In this document: positions 17,400 through 27,302 of the stretch, in pieces | Numbering within the stretch: position 1 is the stretch's first letter | Layout of the letters: each line of letters begins with the position of its first letter | Assembly: GCA_963666565.1 (NCBI GenBank) | Contig: OY762911.1 | Coordinates: 3,232,001 to 3,296,000 of the forward strand | DNA length: 64,000 nt | Direction: 5' to 3' | From: Thermoanaerobaculia bacterium | GTDB lineage: Bacteria > Acidobacteriota > Thermoanaerobaculia > Multivoradales > Multivoraceae | The notes under the pieces: model-generated | Told to the model about the DNA's origin: nothing | Databases searched by the model: none | Seen by the model: the letters and a program-made list of their open reading frames with translations, nothing else | Made by a program: the position numbers and the translations under genes

Positions 17400-17842
17400 T
17401 CGCTCGCGGCCGCCCGGGACGGCGTCGCACCGATCGCCAGGGTGCCGCTCATCTCGATCCTGCCGTTGCAGATGCCGCCCTCGGCTATGGATACGAGAGG
17501 CGCGGTCAGGTCGCCTTCGACCGAGCCGGAGGACAGCACCTCGATCTTCTCCGAGGCGCGGACGTCGCCCTTGACGTGACCCGAAATCTGGACGGAATGA
17601 GCCATCACGTCCGCCTCGATCCGGCCGCGCCGTCCGAGCACGAAACGTCCCTCGAGCTCCACGGTTCCGGCCAGCGAGCCGTCGACCAGCACCTCGGCGT
17701 CGCCCGTGATGCTCCCTTCGATGCGCGAACCCGGCGCCACGTAGGTGCGCGCCGGCGCGGCCGAAGCCGACCTGACGTCTCCGGGAGGCGTCAGCGCGGC
17801 TTCCGCCGCCGACTCTTCGAGGTCCTTCCTGAAGAACGCCAT
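17396..17842 (-). CDS. bactofilin (polymer-forming cytoskeletal protein)
   Basis: Repeated V/I-x-G beta-helix motifs, IAEGGICNGRIEM. Confidence 0.92.
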   Translation of the reverse strand: MAFFRKDLEESAAEAALTPPGDVRSASAAPARTYVAPGSRIEGSITGDAEVLVDGSLAGTVELEGRFVLGRRGRIEADVMAHSVQISGHVKGDVRASEKIEVLSSGSVEGDLTAPLVSIAEGGICNGRIEMSGTLAIGATPSRAAASD

Positions 17843-17905
17843 TTGCTCTCCGTAGCCTTGCTGTAGCTGGTTTCGTTTCGACGGCGCCACGCTGGTCGAG
17901 GCGGC

Positions 17906-17981
17906 TGGAGCGGGCAACGGGACTCGAACCCGCGACATCCAGCTTGGGAAGCTGGCACTCTGCCAACTGAGTTATGCCCGC
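17906..17981 (-). tRNA. tRNA-Gly(CCC)
   Basis: GCGGGCATAACTCAGTTGGCAGAGT..TTCCCAA..GGTTCGAGTCCC..CCA. Confidence 0.96.
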
Positions 17982-18150
17982 AAACGCTCGGACCGCGTCA
18001 AGGTAACCCAGCCCCCGCGGACGGTCAAGCGTTCCGGCCCGGAGGCCCGCCGGGACGCGGAGTGAACCTGGTCTGGAGCGGCCTGCGAGCGGGAACGCCG
18101 GCCCGGCCGGCGCCGAACGCCGTGCAGCCGGCGGCGCCGGCAAAGGCGCT

Positions 18151-18450
18151 ATGATGCACTCGCTTCCGCTCCCCCTCCTCCCCGTCTTGATGGAACGCCG
18201 CGCTCAGCCCCTCTACTTCTTCCCGGAGCGGGACGTGACGGCCGAGGAACTGGAGCGGATGCTTCACGGCGGCGACCGCCAGGCCCGCTGCGCCGCGATC
18301 TCCTGCATGCTCCGCTACGCGCAGTGGGAGGACATCTGGGACTACGTCACCCGTGACGACGTGCGGGAACTCTTCGACGACCTGGACCTGCCCGAGAGCC
18401 TGCGCGCCGCCTGGGCCCGGATGCTGAAGATAGAGCCGGTCGCCACCTGA
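18151..18450 (+). CDS. small hypothetical protein (start may be ATG 18190)
   Basis: High GC3 coding pattern; helical, LRYAQWEDIWDY motif. Confidence 0.7.
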   Translation: MMHSLPLPLLPVLMERRAQPLYFFPERDVTAEELERMLHGGDRQARCAAISCMLRYAQWEDIWDYVTRDDVRELFDDLDLPESLRAAWARMLKIEPVAT

Positions 18451-18498
18451 CCGCCGCAGACTCCTGGCGCCGCGAAACCTGTCGCAGGCCCCGTGTTT

Positions 18499-18584
18499 CG
18501 CTCCAGGCAGCGACGTCCAGCCCAGTCGGGTCGCCTGGGCGGCGACCCCTCCCGACCCAGGACGGGCGGGTGCGTCCGACGCCG
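18499..18584 (-). repeat. short, internally deleted relative of the 4267-4492 element
   Basis: Shares CGGCGTCGG..CCGCCCGTCYTGGG.CGGGAGGGGTCG.CGCCCAGGYGAC and CCCGACTGGGCTGGACG; follows a TAG stop as at 4266. Confidence 0.7.
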
Positions 18585-19589
18585 CTAGCGCCGGTCGCCC
18601 ATCACCAGGCCGCCGAGGCCGCCGAGCACGGAACCTTCGCCCTTGCGGGCGCCGCCGGTCTGGGGAGCGGCGGCGTAGACCCGGCTCGCCAGCCGGCTGA
18701 ACGGCAGCGACTGAATCCACACCTTGCCGGGTCCGGTCAGGGCGGCGAAGAACAGCCCCTCGCCGCCGAACAGCGCCGTCTTGATCCCGGGCACCGTCTG
18801 GATGTCGTACTGGACCTGGCGTTCGAAGGCGACCAGGCAGCCGGTGTCGAGCCGGAGCGTCTCGCCGGGACCGAGGTCGCGTTCGACGACCGTGCCGCCG
18901 GCGTGGACGAAGGCCAGTCCGTCGCCTTCGAGTTTCTGCAGAATGAACCCCTCGCCGCCGAACAGTCCGGCGCCCAGCCGGCGCTGAAACGCGATGCCCA
19001 CCGAGACGCCCTTGGCGGCGCACAGGAAGGCGTCCTTCTGGCACAGGATCGTGTTGCCGTGGGACGGAAGGTCGAGCGGGATGATCCGTCCCGGATAGGG
19101 AGAGGCGAACGCCACGTTCCGGCGCATCCCGGCGCCGTTGCCGAAGACCGTCATGAACAGCGACTCGCCCGTCAGCACCCGTTTGCCGGCGGAGAGGAGC
19201 TTGTCCATGAAGCCCCCGCCGCCGCGGTCCGAGCCGTCGCCGAAGATCGTGCTCATCTCGATACCGGGGTCCATGTACATGAAGGCGCCCGCTTCCGCGA
19301 TGCAGGCCTCGCCCGGGTCGAGCGTGATCTCGACGAACTGCATCTCCTCGCCGACGATCACGTAGTCGATCTCGTCGGCGATGCCGCCCGGCGGCTTGGG
19401 CACCGTCGCGCCGAACGCCGCCGCGAACCGCGGCTCGCTGACCACCGGCGCCCAGTTGCCCATGCCGTCCCGGTACACGTGGGCGCCCCGGGGAACCGCG
19501 CCGGACCGGATCCTCTCCTCGATCTCCTCGGCCGGGAAGGGTCCTTCCTGCCTGCCGTCGGTTGCCAGGTACCAGATCGCGTCGCTCAT
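18585..19589 (-). CDS. TIGR00266/AIM24 family protein with N-terminal GYF_2 domain
   Basis: [19 protein letters not shown]; [42 protein letters not shown]. Confidence 0.92.
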   Translation of the reverse strand: MSDAIWYLATDGRQEGPFPAEEIEERIRSGAVPRGAHVYRDGMGNWAPVVSEPRFAAAFGATVPKPPGGIADEIDYVIVGEEMQFVEITLDPGEACIAEAGAFMYMDPGIEMSTIFGDGSDRGGGGFMDKLLSAGKRVLTGESLFMTVFGNGAGMRRNVAFASPYPGRIIPLDLPSHGNTILCQKDAFLCAAKGVSVGIAFQRRLGAGLFGGEGFILQKLEGDGLAFVHAGGTVVERDLGPGETLRLDTGCLVAFERQVQYDIQTVPGIKTALFGGEGLFFAALTGPGKVWIQSLPFSRLASRVYAAAPQTGGARKGEGSVLGGLGGLVMGDRR

Positions 19590-19676
19590 CTTCTCAACTA
19601 CTCCTGTTGGGCGCGCCGGGTTTCAGTGGGGCCGCGACGAAACCGCTTCGTCGCCGCGCGGTGACGGCAGCCGGGG

Positions 19677-20507
19677 TCAGGGATCGTAGCCCAGGATCCG
19701 GACCTCGAAGACCCAGGGCCAGTACTTCCCGGTCAGCAGGAAGGTCCCCGTGTCGGGACGCCAGGCGATCCCGTTCAGGACGTCCGCCTCGGCCGCCTCC
19801 TCCGCCGTCAGCAGGCCCGAAGCGTCGACGATCGCCGCCACGGCGCCGGAGTCCAGGTCGATGGCGGCGATCTCGTCGCTGCCGAACAGGTTGGCGAACA
19901 GCAGGCCGTCGACGAGCTCCAGTTCGTTCAGGTCGTCCAACGGCATGCCGCCTCTCGTGACCCGCAGGCGCCGCCGCACCTCCAGAGTCTCGGGATCGCG
20001 GAAGGCGAGGACCGGCGTACCGTCGCTCATGACGAGTTCGTCGCCGTTCCAGGCGAGGCCCCAGCCTTCGCCGCCGTAGCGCAGGCTGCCGCGCTCGGCG
20101 AACGGCGCCAGCGACCAGACCAGGGCGACGCCGCGCCGCCAGGTCAACTGGATCAGCCGTTCCTCCGCGTCCTCCGGGCCGGTGACGACGGCGATGCCCT
20201 CGCCGAACAGCTCCGGGTCGAGCTCCGCGCGGTCCAGTTCGGCGCCGTCGCTCCACCGCCATGCGCGCAGGCTGGAGGCGCCGTAGGAACCGGTGCTCTC
20301 GTAGACGACGCCGTCTCGCCAGAGGAGCCCCTGGGTGTAGGCCTCCGTGTCGTGCGGGCGGCGATCGACGACTTCCAGTTGCCAGCGCTCGGGTTGCGGC
20401 GGCGGCGCCTGCGCTCTGCCGCCCGGCGCCGACTCGATCCAGCCGACCGGCCCGCAGGCCGGGACGGCGAGCAGCGGGAGAAGGAGCCCCAGCCAGAATC
20501 CGCGCAT
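19677..20507 (-). CDS. glutaminyl-peptide cyclotransferase (plant/bacterial type), lipoprotein
   Basis: PHD..AYTQGL, YESTG.YG.S, FGEG, QLTW, EGWGL, SDG, LNELE, VLNGIA, TGKYWP. Confidence 0.93.
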   Translation of the reverse strand: MRGFWLGLLLPLLAVPACGPVGWIESAPGGRAQAPPPQPERWQLEVVDRRPHDTEAYTQGLLWRDGVVYESTGSYGASSLRAWRWSDGAELDRAELDPELFGEGIAVVTGPEDAEERLIQLTWRRGVALVWSLAPFAERGSLRYGGEGWGLAWNGDELVMSDGTPVLAFRDPETLEVRRRLRVTRGGMPLDDLNELELVDGLLFANLFGSDEIAAIDLDSGAVAAIVDASGLLTAEEAAEADVLNGIAWRPDTGTFLLTGKYWPWVFEVRILGYDP

Positions 20508-20645
20508 CGTGAAGACGCTACCAGCCGACAAGGTCGCCGCTCCGCGGCGCGTCTTGTTCAGAAGCCGACGAGGACGTGGGCGCACCCAGTGTGCGACACC
20601 GTCGCCGACCGTCAGGCCGGCATCGATCCGCGGCGGTGCCCAAGG

Positions 20646-20674
20646 GCGGGTCGGAGGACCCGCGCACCCAGCGG
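20646..20674 (+). repeat. REP-like palindrome copy
   Basis: GCGGGTCGGAGGACCCGCGCACCCAGCGG. Confidence 0.85.
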
Positions 20675-20717
20675 AAGGCTTGACCGTTCCGGCGGCGGTT
20701 GGAAGAGTGTCGCGGCC

Positions 20718-22319
20718 ATGAGGTCCTCCATCCTCGGAAGAGCCGGCCTGCTTGCCGCGGGCGCCCTGCTGGCCGCGGCCTGGTTCGCGTTCGCCCAACC
20801 GGCGGCGGACGAGCCGCTCTTGAGCCCGCGGGAGACGATGCGCGCCTTCCTCGAGGCCTTCGCGACGGAGGACGGCCGTCCGGATCTCGACGCCGCGGCC
20901 CGTTGCCTGGACCTGGGCGACCTTCCCTTCCCGGTGCGGGCGCGGCAGGGCCGGCGCCTCGCCGGCGAACTGAAGAACGTCATCGACCGGCTGGAGTTCG
21001 TGGAGTTCGACGCCATCCCGGCCGAGGGCGATCTGGACCGCTGGACCTTCAGCGACGAACTGTCCGCGCCGATCGCGCTGGCGCCGGACGGGAACGGGAA
21101 CTGGCTGTTCACGCGGGCGACGGTGGCGGCGATACCGGCGCTGTACGACGAGCTGCGGGACCGGTCGATCGTCGAGGGGGTCGAGGAAGCGCCGGTGGCG
21201 GCGGCGACCTGGCTACGGGACCGCGTTCCCGCCCCGCTGCGGACCGGGGGCTTCATTCTCCACCCGTGGCAGTGGCTGGCGTTGCCGGCCCTCGTTCTGC
21301 TAGGCCTTGCGATCGACCGGATCGTCGCCTGGATCGCCAGCGGCCTGTTCGCCGGGCCGCTGAACCGGCGCTACCGCTCTCTCGATCTCCCGGGCGCCCG
21401 CCGCATCCTGCGCCCGACCGGGCTCGTGGCGATGGCGGGGATCTGGTGGCTGGGGCTCCAGTGGCTGGGCCTGCCGCCCCGGATTCACGCCTGGCTGGAC
21501 GCGGTCGTGCTGGTGCTCTTCCTGTTGGCGCTCGGCCGCGTCGCGTTCGCCCAGATCGACCTGCTGGGAACCGCACTTCGGGCGCGGGCCGCGCGGGCCG
21601 AGAACCGGTTCCAGGACCAGTTGGTCCCGTTCGTCACGAAGACGCTCAAGGCGGCGGTCGCCGTCTTCGGCATCGTTTTCCTGCTGGCCCAGCAGGGCCG
21701 CGACGTGACGGCGCTGCTCGCCGGTCTCGGCCTGAGCGGCCTGGCGGTCGCGCTGGCGGCCCAGGACCTGCTGAAGAACCTGTTCGGCTCGGTCACCGTG
21801 CTGCTCGACCGCCCGTTCCGCGCCGGCGACTGGATCAAGGTCGGCGACGTCGAGGGCGTGGTCGAGGAGATCGGCTTCCGCAGCACCCGCGTGCGGACGT
21901 TCTACGCCTCGCTGATCACCCTCCCCAACGCGAGGCTGATCGACGCCTCGGTCGACAACTACGGCGCCCGGGCCTTCCGCCGCTGGAGCACCCGCATCGG
22001 CATCACCTACGACACCGCGCCGGAGACCATCGACGCCTTCTGCGAGGGCATCCGGCAGATCGTGCGGGACAACGAGTCGATGCGGCAGGACGCCTTCGAG
22101 ATCCACCTGAACGAGTTCGGCGCGGACGGCCTGGAGATCATGCTCTACGTCTTCTTCCTGGCGCCTGACTGGAGCACGGAACTGCGGCTGCGCCACGAGA
22201 TGGCGCTGGACATCCTGCGGCTCGCCAACCGCCTCGGCGTCCGCATCGCCTTCCCCACGCGGACGATTCACCTGGAGGCGCCGGAGGCCGGCGATCCGGC
22301 CGCCGGCGCGGCAGGCTGA
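20718..22319 (+). CDS. MscS family mechanosensitive channel with periplasmic N-terminal domain
   Basis: LAVALAAQDLLKNLFG, DRPFRAGDWI, GVVEEIGFRSTRVRT, IAFPTRTIHL. Confidence 0.94.
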   Translation: MRSSILGRAGLLAAGALLAAAWFAFAQPAADEPLLSPRETMRAFLEAFATEDGRPDLDAAARCLDLGDLPFPVRARQGRRLAGELKNVIDRLEFVEFDAIPAEGDLDRWTFSDELSAPIALAPDGNGNWLFTRATVAAIPALYDELRDRSIVEGVEEAPVAAATWLRDRVPAPLRTGGFILHPWQWLALPALVLLGLAIDRIVAWIASGLFAGPLNRRYRSLDLPGARRILRPTGLVAMAGIWWLGLQWLGLPPRIHAWLDAVVLVLFLLALGRVAFAQIDLLGTALRARAARAENRFQDQLVPFVTKTLKAAVAVFGIVFLLAQQGRDVTALLAGLGLSGLAVALAAQDLLKNLFGSVTVLLDRPFRAGDWIKVGDVEGVVEEIGFRSTRVRTFYASLITLPNARLIDASVDNYGARAFRRWSTRIGITYDTAPETIDAFCEGIRQIVRDNESMRQDAFEIHLNEFGADGLEIMLYVFFLAPDWSTELRLRHEMALDILRLANRLGVRIAFPTRTIHLEAPEAGDPAAGAAG

Positions 22320-25300
22320 CCGGCCGGCAGGACGATGCGAACCGCGAGCCCTCCGGCCGGCCGTAGCGAGGCGGCGATCGAGCCGCCGTGCTGCCGGACG
22401 ATCCGCCGGGCGATCGGCAGGCCCAGGCCGGTGCCCCCGCTCGAGGTCGAGAAGTAGGGCTCGAAGATCCGCTCCAGGTCGCTCTCCGGGACGCCCGGCC
22501 CCCGGTCGGCGACCGTCACGGCCAGCCCGCCGTCCTTGCCGCCGGGCTCGATGCGGACCCGCACCTCGCCGTCCTCGGCGCTCGCCCGCACGGCGTTCTC
22601 GATCAGGTTGCGGAGCGCCCTCTGCACCATCCGCCGGTCGAACGCGAGCACGGCCTTCTCCCCGTCGAGCCCGCACTCGAAGCGGACCGCCACCGTCCCG
22701 TGGGCGGCGCTGGCGTAGCCCTCGACGACTTCCCGAACCGCTTCGCCGAGGTTGCCGGCCGCCGGCCGGGCGAGCGGGATCCGGCTGTAGGTCGAGAACT
22801 CGCCGGCGGTGCGGGCCAGTTCCTCCACCTGCGCCAGGATGTTGTCCGTGCAGCGCTCGAACACCTCCTCCAGGCGGTCCGGCGCATCCCGCCAGACCTG
22901 CCGCAGGTGCTCGGTCGAGAGCCGGATGGGGGTCAGCGGGTTCTTCACTTCGTGGGCGATCAGGCGCGCCATCTCGGCCCAGGCCTCGAGCCGCTGGGCC
23001 CGCACCAGGTCGGCTCGCGCCGACGCGATGCGCGACGCCATGCCGTCGATCGCCTGGCCGAGGGTCTTCAGTTCCGTCTCCTCCGGTTCGAAGCCGAGCG
23101 AATCGGCACCGCCCGCGATGCGGTCCGTGCCGTCGATCATCCGCACCAGGGGACGGGTGAACCCCCGCGCGAGCCGGGCGCCGACCGTGACCAGCAGCAG
23201 CACGAGCGCGGTCGTGACGACCAGAGCCTGCCGCCTCAGGGCGGCCAGTTCCCGCGTGGCCGCCTCCTGCTGCGCCAGCAGCGGCACGGACACGAACAGG
23301 CCCGATTCTCCCGGCCGCACCTCCCCGAGAGACACCGGCGTGTAGAGCTCCAGGTAGGACGTGCCCTGCTGCGTGGTCTGGACCCGGGCGGCCGTCCGGT
23401 GGCCGAGCAGCGCCAGCCTGCTGTACACGTTGCCCGGAATCCGCTTCGGCATCAGGCCGGCCGTGAAGAGGTCCGGCTTGCTCGAGGCGTAGACGCCGCC
23501 GCGCCAGTACAGGTTCACTTCGTGGCCCACGACCTCCGCCAGCCAGGCCAGCAGTTCGTCGTCCAGTTGGGCGTCCATCGAGAAACCGGCCTCGAGGCCG
23601 AGGAGAAAGTCCGTCAGGACGTACTCGAGCGACACGAGAGCGGTCCGGCCGGCGGCCTCCTGCTCCGCCTGAACCCGGTTGGAGAGGTTCCGGAAGAGAA
23701 GTCCGTTGAGCAGCGTCAGGGGCACGATGGCGATCAGGGCCAGCACCGCGGTGAGCCGGACCGAGTAGCGGCGGACGTCGGGCAGGAGGCGGCGGCGCAG
23801 CTTCGCCGTGGGCAGGCTGATCAGCAGGACGGCGAAGGCCGCGGCAAGCCCGGCCAGCATCAGCCGCGCGGCGACCGCCGCCACTCGCCAGAGGCGATCC
23901 GCGATCGGCTCTTCCGGCAGGAGCGCGGCAATCCAGAGGCCCGGCTGGCCGGTGGGCGCGAACCAGGCCAGGGCCGGCCCCGCCGGCGTCGCGACCCGCA
24001 TGACCCGGCTCGGATCCACCGCCTCCGACGGCGCCGGCAACGTCCAGTCCTCCTGCCACGGCGAGACGAGGGGGCGGCCCGCGCCGTCGACGTAGGCGAG
24101 CTTCGCACCGGCCGGCGGCTCGGCGCCGCTGCGGCTCCGATCCGGGCCGCCGCGAAGGAGACGTACCTCGAGTTCCGCCGCGGAGCGCGACGTGGCGTCG
24201 CTCCAGACGCCGGTTCTCGGCGCCGCGGCCGTCCAGAAGCGCACCGTGCCCCAGTCGCGGCCGGCGGCGCTCATCGGGAGCTCGCCCGACGCGCTTCGCT
24301 GGCGCCTCCAGCCCGGAAGATCGCCCGACGGCGAGCGCGCGCTGCCCGCGTCGAGGCCGCCGGTGACCGGGTCGACCGGCAGGCCGTAGGAGAAGGTCGA
24401 GATGGCGCCGTCGCCGATCACGGCGAGGGCGGAGAGCGTCTCGGATGCGGCCAGGGGCGACCGGCGCCAGAGCTCCAGGGCCAGGTCCTGGCGATCGTCG
24501 AGTTCCCGCGGATCGCCGAGCGCCAGTTCCCTCAGGTCGGTCGCCGCCAGGAAGGAACTCGTGCTCCGGGCCAGCGCCGCGACGTCCTCCGGCGCCGGGG
24601 CGTCGAGACCGTCCCGGGCGTACTCGGAGAGCGCCGCGCGCAGGGCCGGCCGGTTCGTCGCCTCGACCAGCAGGCCGACACCGGCGGCCGCCGCGGCGGC
24701 GGTCAGGAGCACGTGCATCCAGTCCCGGCCCTGCCGCCAGCCGGAGGCCCAGAACGCGGCGCCCGCCAGCAGGGTCCAGCACCCCAGCAGCGCTGCCCAG
24801 TCGCCGAGCGGCCCGCCGAAGGAGGCGCCCGGGTCCGGCGGCGCGCCGGTCGCTTCGATCGTCCAGATCCTCCACCGGAAGAGCCCGTAGCCGGCCGCCG
24901 CCGCCACCGCGGCGAGACCGGGAACGGCCACCGCCGGGCGAGGCCGAGCGGGCGAACGGGCGCTCCACCGGCGGAAGAGCCAGACCAGCGACAGGCCGGC
25001 GCCGAGAACGGCCGCGGCCAGGGCGAGCGCGGCGCCGATTCCGGGCAGCCGTCCGGCCGCCGGCTCGAGTCGCAGCCGCAGCCACGGGCCGGGAACGCCG
25101 TCCGGCGGCGCCAGTTCGCGGATGCCGAGGGCCTCGAGAGCCGGCGTCAGCGGCTCCGCGGCGTGGTCGCGAACCGACCACCTGACGCCGTGGCGCCGAA
25201 GTCCCGCGGGCGCCGGGAACGGCAGCGAATCGGTCGGATGGCTGTCACCGACGATCAGCCGCCAGCCGCCCTCCCCCGCGGTCATGTCGACCGCCGCGTA

Positions 25301-25753
25301 GAGCGAGACCGCCGTGAAGCCGGCGGTCTGGTTGATCCCTCCGGGCAGGAGGCGGTCCAGCGGCAGGTCGTGCCGGAGTCCCGGACCGGCCCAGGCCTGC
25401 GCCAGATCGTCGGGATCGACGAGAACCAGCGTGCGCCCGCCTTCCCGGCTGGCGCGATCCAGTTCCTCGAACAGGCTCTGCCGGGCCTGCGCCGAGCCGA
25501 TAGGGACCGCCATGGCGCCCCGGACGCTCCCGGCCGCCCGTTCGGCGTCCGCCAGGAGATCGAGCAGCAGGTCTTGGTAGGCCGACTCCATCGCGGCCGT
25601 CTGTCCGCGCGTGGGGAGCGGCGGGTCGCCGCCGCCGTTTCGCGGCCAGCGATCGAACGCGAACAGGACGGCCGCGAGCGCGAACAGGCCGAAAACGACG
25701 CGGAGCTCGGCGGCGGCCCCGCCGCGCCGGTCCGCGGCCGCGGGGTCGGTCAT
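22268..25753 (-). CDS. large membrane sensor histidine kinase, NtrY-like
   Basis: HAMP, AWAEMARLIAHEVKNPLTPIRL, NLIENA, DRGPG, FEPYFST, GTGLGL. Confidence 0.9.
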   Translation of the reverse strand: MTDPAAADRRGGAAAELRVVFGLFALAAVLFAFDRWPRNGGGDPPLPTRGQTAAMESAYQDLLLDLLADAERAAGSVRGAMAVPIGSAQARQSLFEELDRASREGGRTLVLVDPDDLAQAWAGPGLRHDLPLDRLLPGGINQTAGFTAVSLYAAVDMTAGEGGWRLIVGDSHPTDSLPFPAPAGLRRHGVRWSVRDHAAEPLTPALEALGIRELAPPDGVPGPWLRLRLEPAAGRLPGIGAALALAAAVLGAGLSLVWLFRRWSARSPARPRPAVAVPGLAAVAAAAGYGLFRWRIWTIEATGAPPDPGASFGGPLGDWAALLGCWTLLAGAAFWASGWRQGRDWMHVLLTAAAAAAGVGLLVEATNRPALRAALSEYARDGLDAPAPEDVAALARSTSSFLAATDLRELALGDPRELDDRQDLALELWRRSPLAASETLSALAVIGDGAISTFSYGLPVDPVTGGLDAGSARSPSGDLPGWRRQRSASGELPMSAAGRDWGTVRFWTAAAPRTGVWSDATSRSAAELEVRLLRGGPDRSRSGAEPPAGAKLAYVDGAGRPLVSPWQEDWTLPAPSEAVDPSRVMRVATPAGPALAWFAPTGQPGLWIAALLPEEPIADRLWRVAAVAARLMLAGLAAAFAVLLISLPTAKLRRRLLPDVRRYSVRLTAVLALIAIVPLTLLNGLLFRNLSNRVQAEQEAAGRTALVSLEYVLTDFLLGLEAGFSMDAQLDDELLAWLAEVVGHEVNLYWRGGVYASSKPDLFTAGLMPKRIPGNVYSRLALLGHRTAARVQTTQQGTSYLELYTPVSLGEVRPGESGLFVSVPLLAQQEAATRELAALRRQALVVTTALVLLLVTVGARLARGFTRPLVRMIDGTDRIAGGADSLGFEPEETELKTLGQAIDGMASRIASARADLVRAQRLEAWAEMARLIAHEVKNPLTPIRLSTEHLRQVWRDAPDRLEEVFERCTDNILAQVEELARTAGEFSTYSRIPLARPAAGNLGEAVREVVEGYASAAHGTVAVRFECGLDGEKAVLAFDRRMVQRALRNLIENAVRASAEDGEVRVRIEPGGKDGGLAVTVADRGPGVPESDLERIFEPYFSTSSGGTGLGLPIARRIVRQHGGSIAASLRPAGGLAVRIVLPAGQPAAPAAGSPASGASR

Positions 25754-26415
25754 GGGCCGGTCGCCGCCCGCACGGACCGGAGAATCCGCGCCGCCACCCG
25801 CTCGGCGTCCCCGGTCGAGGTGTCGATCGCCTGGTAGGTGTCGTCGCGCCGCAGGGGCGACGCGGTGCGGCGGATGTCCCGCTCGTCGCGGGCCCGCATC
25901 TCCCGCAGCAGCCGGTCGCGGTCGCCTCCGGCAACGTCGGCGAGCTGGCGCAACCGGCGTTCGACCCGCACCTCCAGCGGCGCCTCCAGGTAGAACTTGT
26001 ACGGGGTCTCGGGGAAGACGACGGTGCCGATGTCCCGCCCCTCGACCACCGCGCCCTCCCTGCGGGCGAACTCGCGCTGCTTCCCGACCAGCCAGGAGCG
26101 CACCGCCGGATGGACGGCCACCCGCGAGGTCGCGGCGTCGACGCTCGCGCTGCGAAGCCGGGCGCCGGGAACCATGCCGTCGACCGCCACGTCCGCCTCG
26201 TCCCGCCGCGGCCGCAGCTCGAAGCGAAGCCTCGCGATCAGTGCTCTCATCGCCGGCTCGTCGGCCGGGTCGAGCCCCTCCTCCAGCGCCTTCCAGGCCA
26301 CGGCGCGGTACATCGCGCCGGTGTCGAGGTAGGGCACGCCGAGCCCGGCCGCCACCCGCCGCGCCACCGTGCTCTTGCCGACGCCGGCCGGGCCGTCGAT
26401 CGCCACGACGATCAT
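25750..26415 (-). CDS. cmk: cytidylate kinase
   Basis: IDGPAGVGKST, LDTGAMYRA, EGRDIGTVVFP. Confidence 0.97.
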   Translation of the reverse strand: MIVVAIDGPAGVGKSTVARRVAAGLGVPYLDTGAMYRAVAWKALEEGLDPADEPAMRALIARLRFELRPRRDEADVAVDGMVPGARLRSASVDAATSRVAVHPAVRSWLVGKQREFARREGAVVEGRDIGTVVFPETPYKFYLEAPLEVRVERRLRQLADVAGGDRDRLLREMRARDERDIRRTASPLRRDDTYQAIDTSTGDAERVAARILRSVRAATGP

Positions 26416-27302
26416 CGGCGCCGCGGTTTCCGGCGCCCCGCGCCAGGCGTGCCAGCGCCCGGAGGACCCGCGGTCGACTTTCGCCGGGTCCGTGCGGATG
26501 CGTTCCGGCGCCGGGCGCCCTGGCCGGCCCTGCCCGCCGGCCGCGCCACGCCGGCGCGGAGCGCGGCCACTTCGGCGGCCGAGAGTTCCCGCCAGGCGCC
26601 GAGCGGAAGTCGGGCGTCCTGCAGGCCGCCGATCGCCACCCGGCGCAGCCTCTGCACGGGGTGCCCGACGCGGAAGAACATCTCGCGGATCTGACGGGTC
26701 CGGCCCTCGAACAGCTCCACCCGCCACCAGCTCGAAGCGCGCGCGGCGCGGGCGCCCCGGCGCGCCGGCGCCCGGCTCAGCTTCATCGGCGCTGTGCGCC
26801 GGCCCGCGATCGTCATGCGCCCCCGCAACCGCGCGATCGCCGTGTCGCCGGGGATGCCGCGCACCTTGACCAGGTACCGCTTGGGACAGCCGAACCGGGG
26901 GTGGGTCAGGCGGTAGGCCAGGTCGCCGTCGTCCGTCACCAGCAGCAGGCCCTCCGTGCCGTAGTCGAGCCGGCCGACCGGCTTGAGCCGGCTGCGCCAC
27001 TTCTCGGGCACGAGGTCCATCACGGTCGGGCGTCCCTCCGGGTCCGAGCGGGTGGTCACATAGCCGGGCGGCTTGTTCAGCAGGACGTACCGGGCCGCTG
27101 CGCTCCGGCGGATCGGTTCGCCGTCGACCAGGACCGTGGCGGGAGGATCGCCCGCCGGAGCGACCCGGTCGCCGAGCACGGCCACCCGCCCGTCGATCGT
27201 GACCCGCCCCTCCCGGATCAGCTCCTCGGCGCCGCGGCGCGAGGCGATCCCCGCGCGGGAGAGCACCTTCTGGAGCCGGTCGCCCCGCGGCCGCTCAGTC
27301 AT
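26412..27302 (-). CDS. rluB: RsuA/RluB family pseudouridine synthase
   Basis: RLQKVLSRAGIASRR, NKPPG, VGRLDYGTEGLLL, EGRTRQIR; follows scpAB. Confidence 0.92.
   Translation of the reverse strand: MTERPRGDRLQKVLSRAGIASRRGAEELIREGRVTIDGRVAVLGDRVAPAGDPPATVLVDGEPIRRSAAARYVLLNKPPGYVTTRSDPEGRPTVMDLVPEKWRSRLKPVGRLDYGTEGLLLVTDDGDLAYRLTHPRFGCPKRYLVKVRGIPGDTAIARLRGRMTIAGRRTAPMKLSRAPARRGARAARASSWWRVELFEGRTRQIREMFFRVGHPVQRLRRVAIGGLQDARLPLGAWRELSAAEVAALRAGVARPAGRAGQGARRRNASARTRRKSTAGPPGAGTPGAGRRKPRRR

Noticed and set aside
21300-25837. Very long alternative-frame ORFs (1293 and 1149 aa) and similar ones elsewhere (8439-11033, 51884-55360, 55240-58794)
   Set aside because: Arg/Gly/Pro-rich shadow or antisense frames of real genes, expected at this GC content; no motifs.
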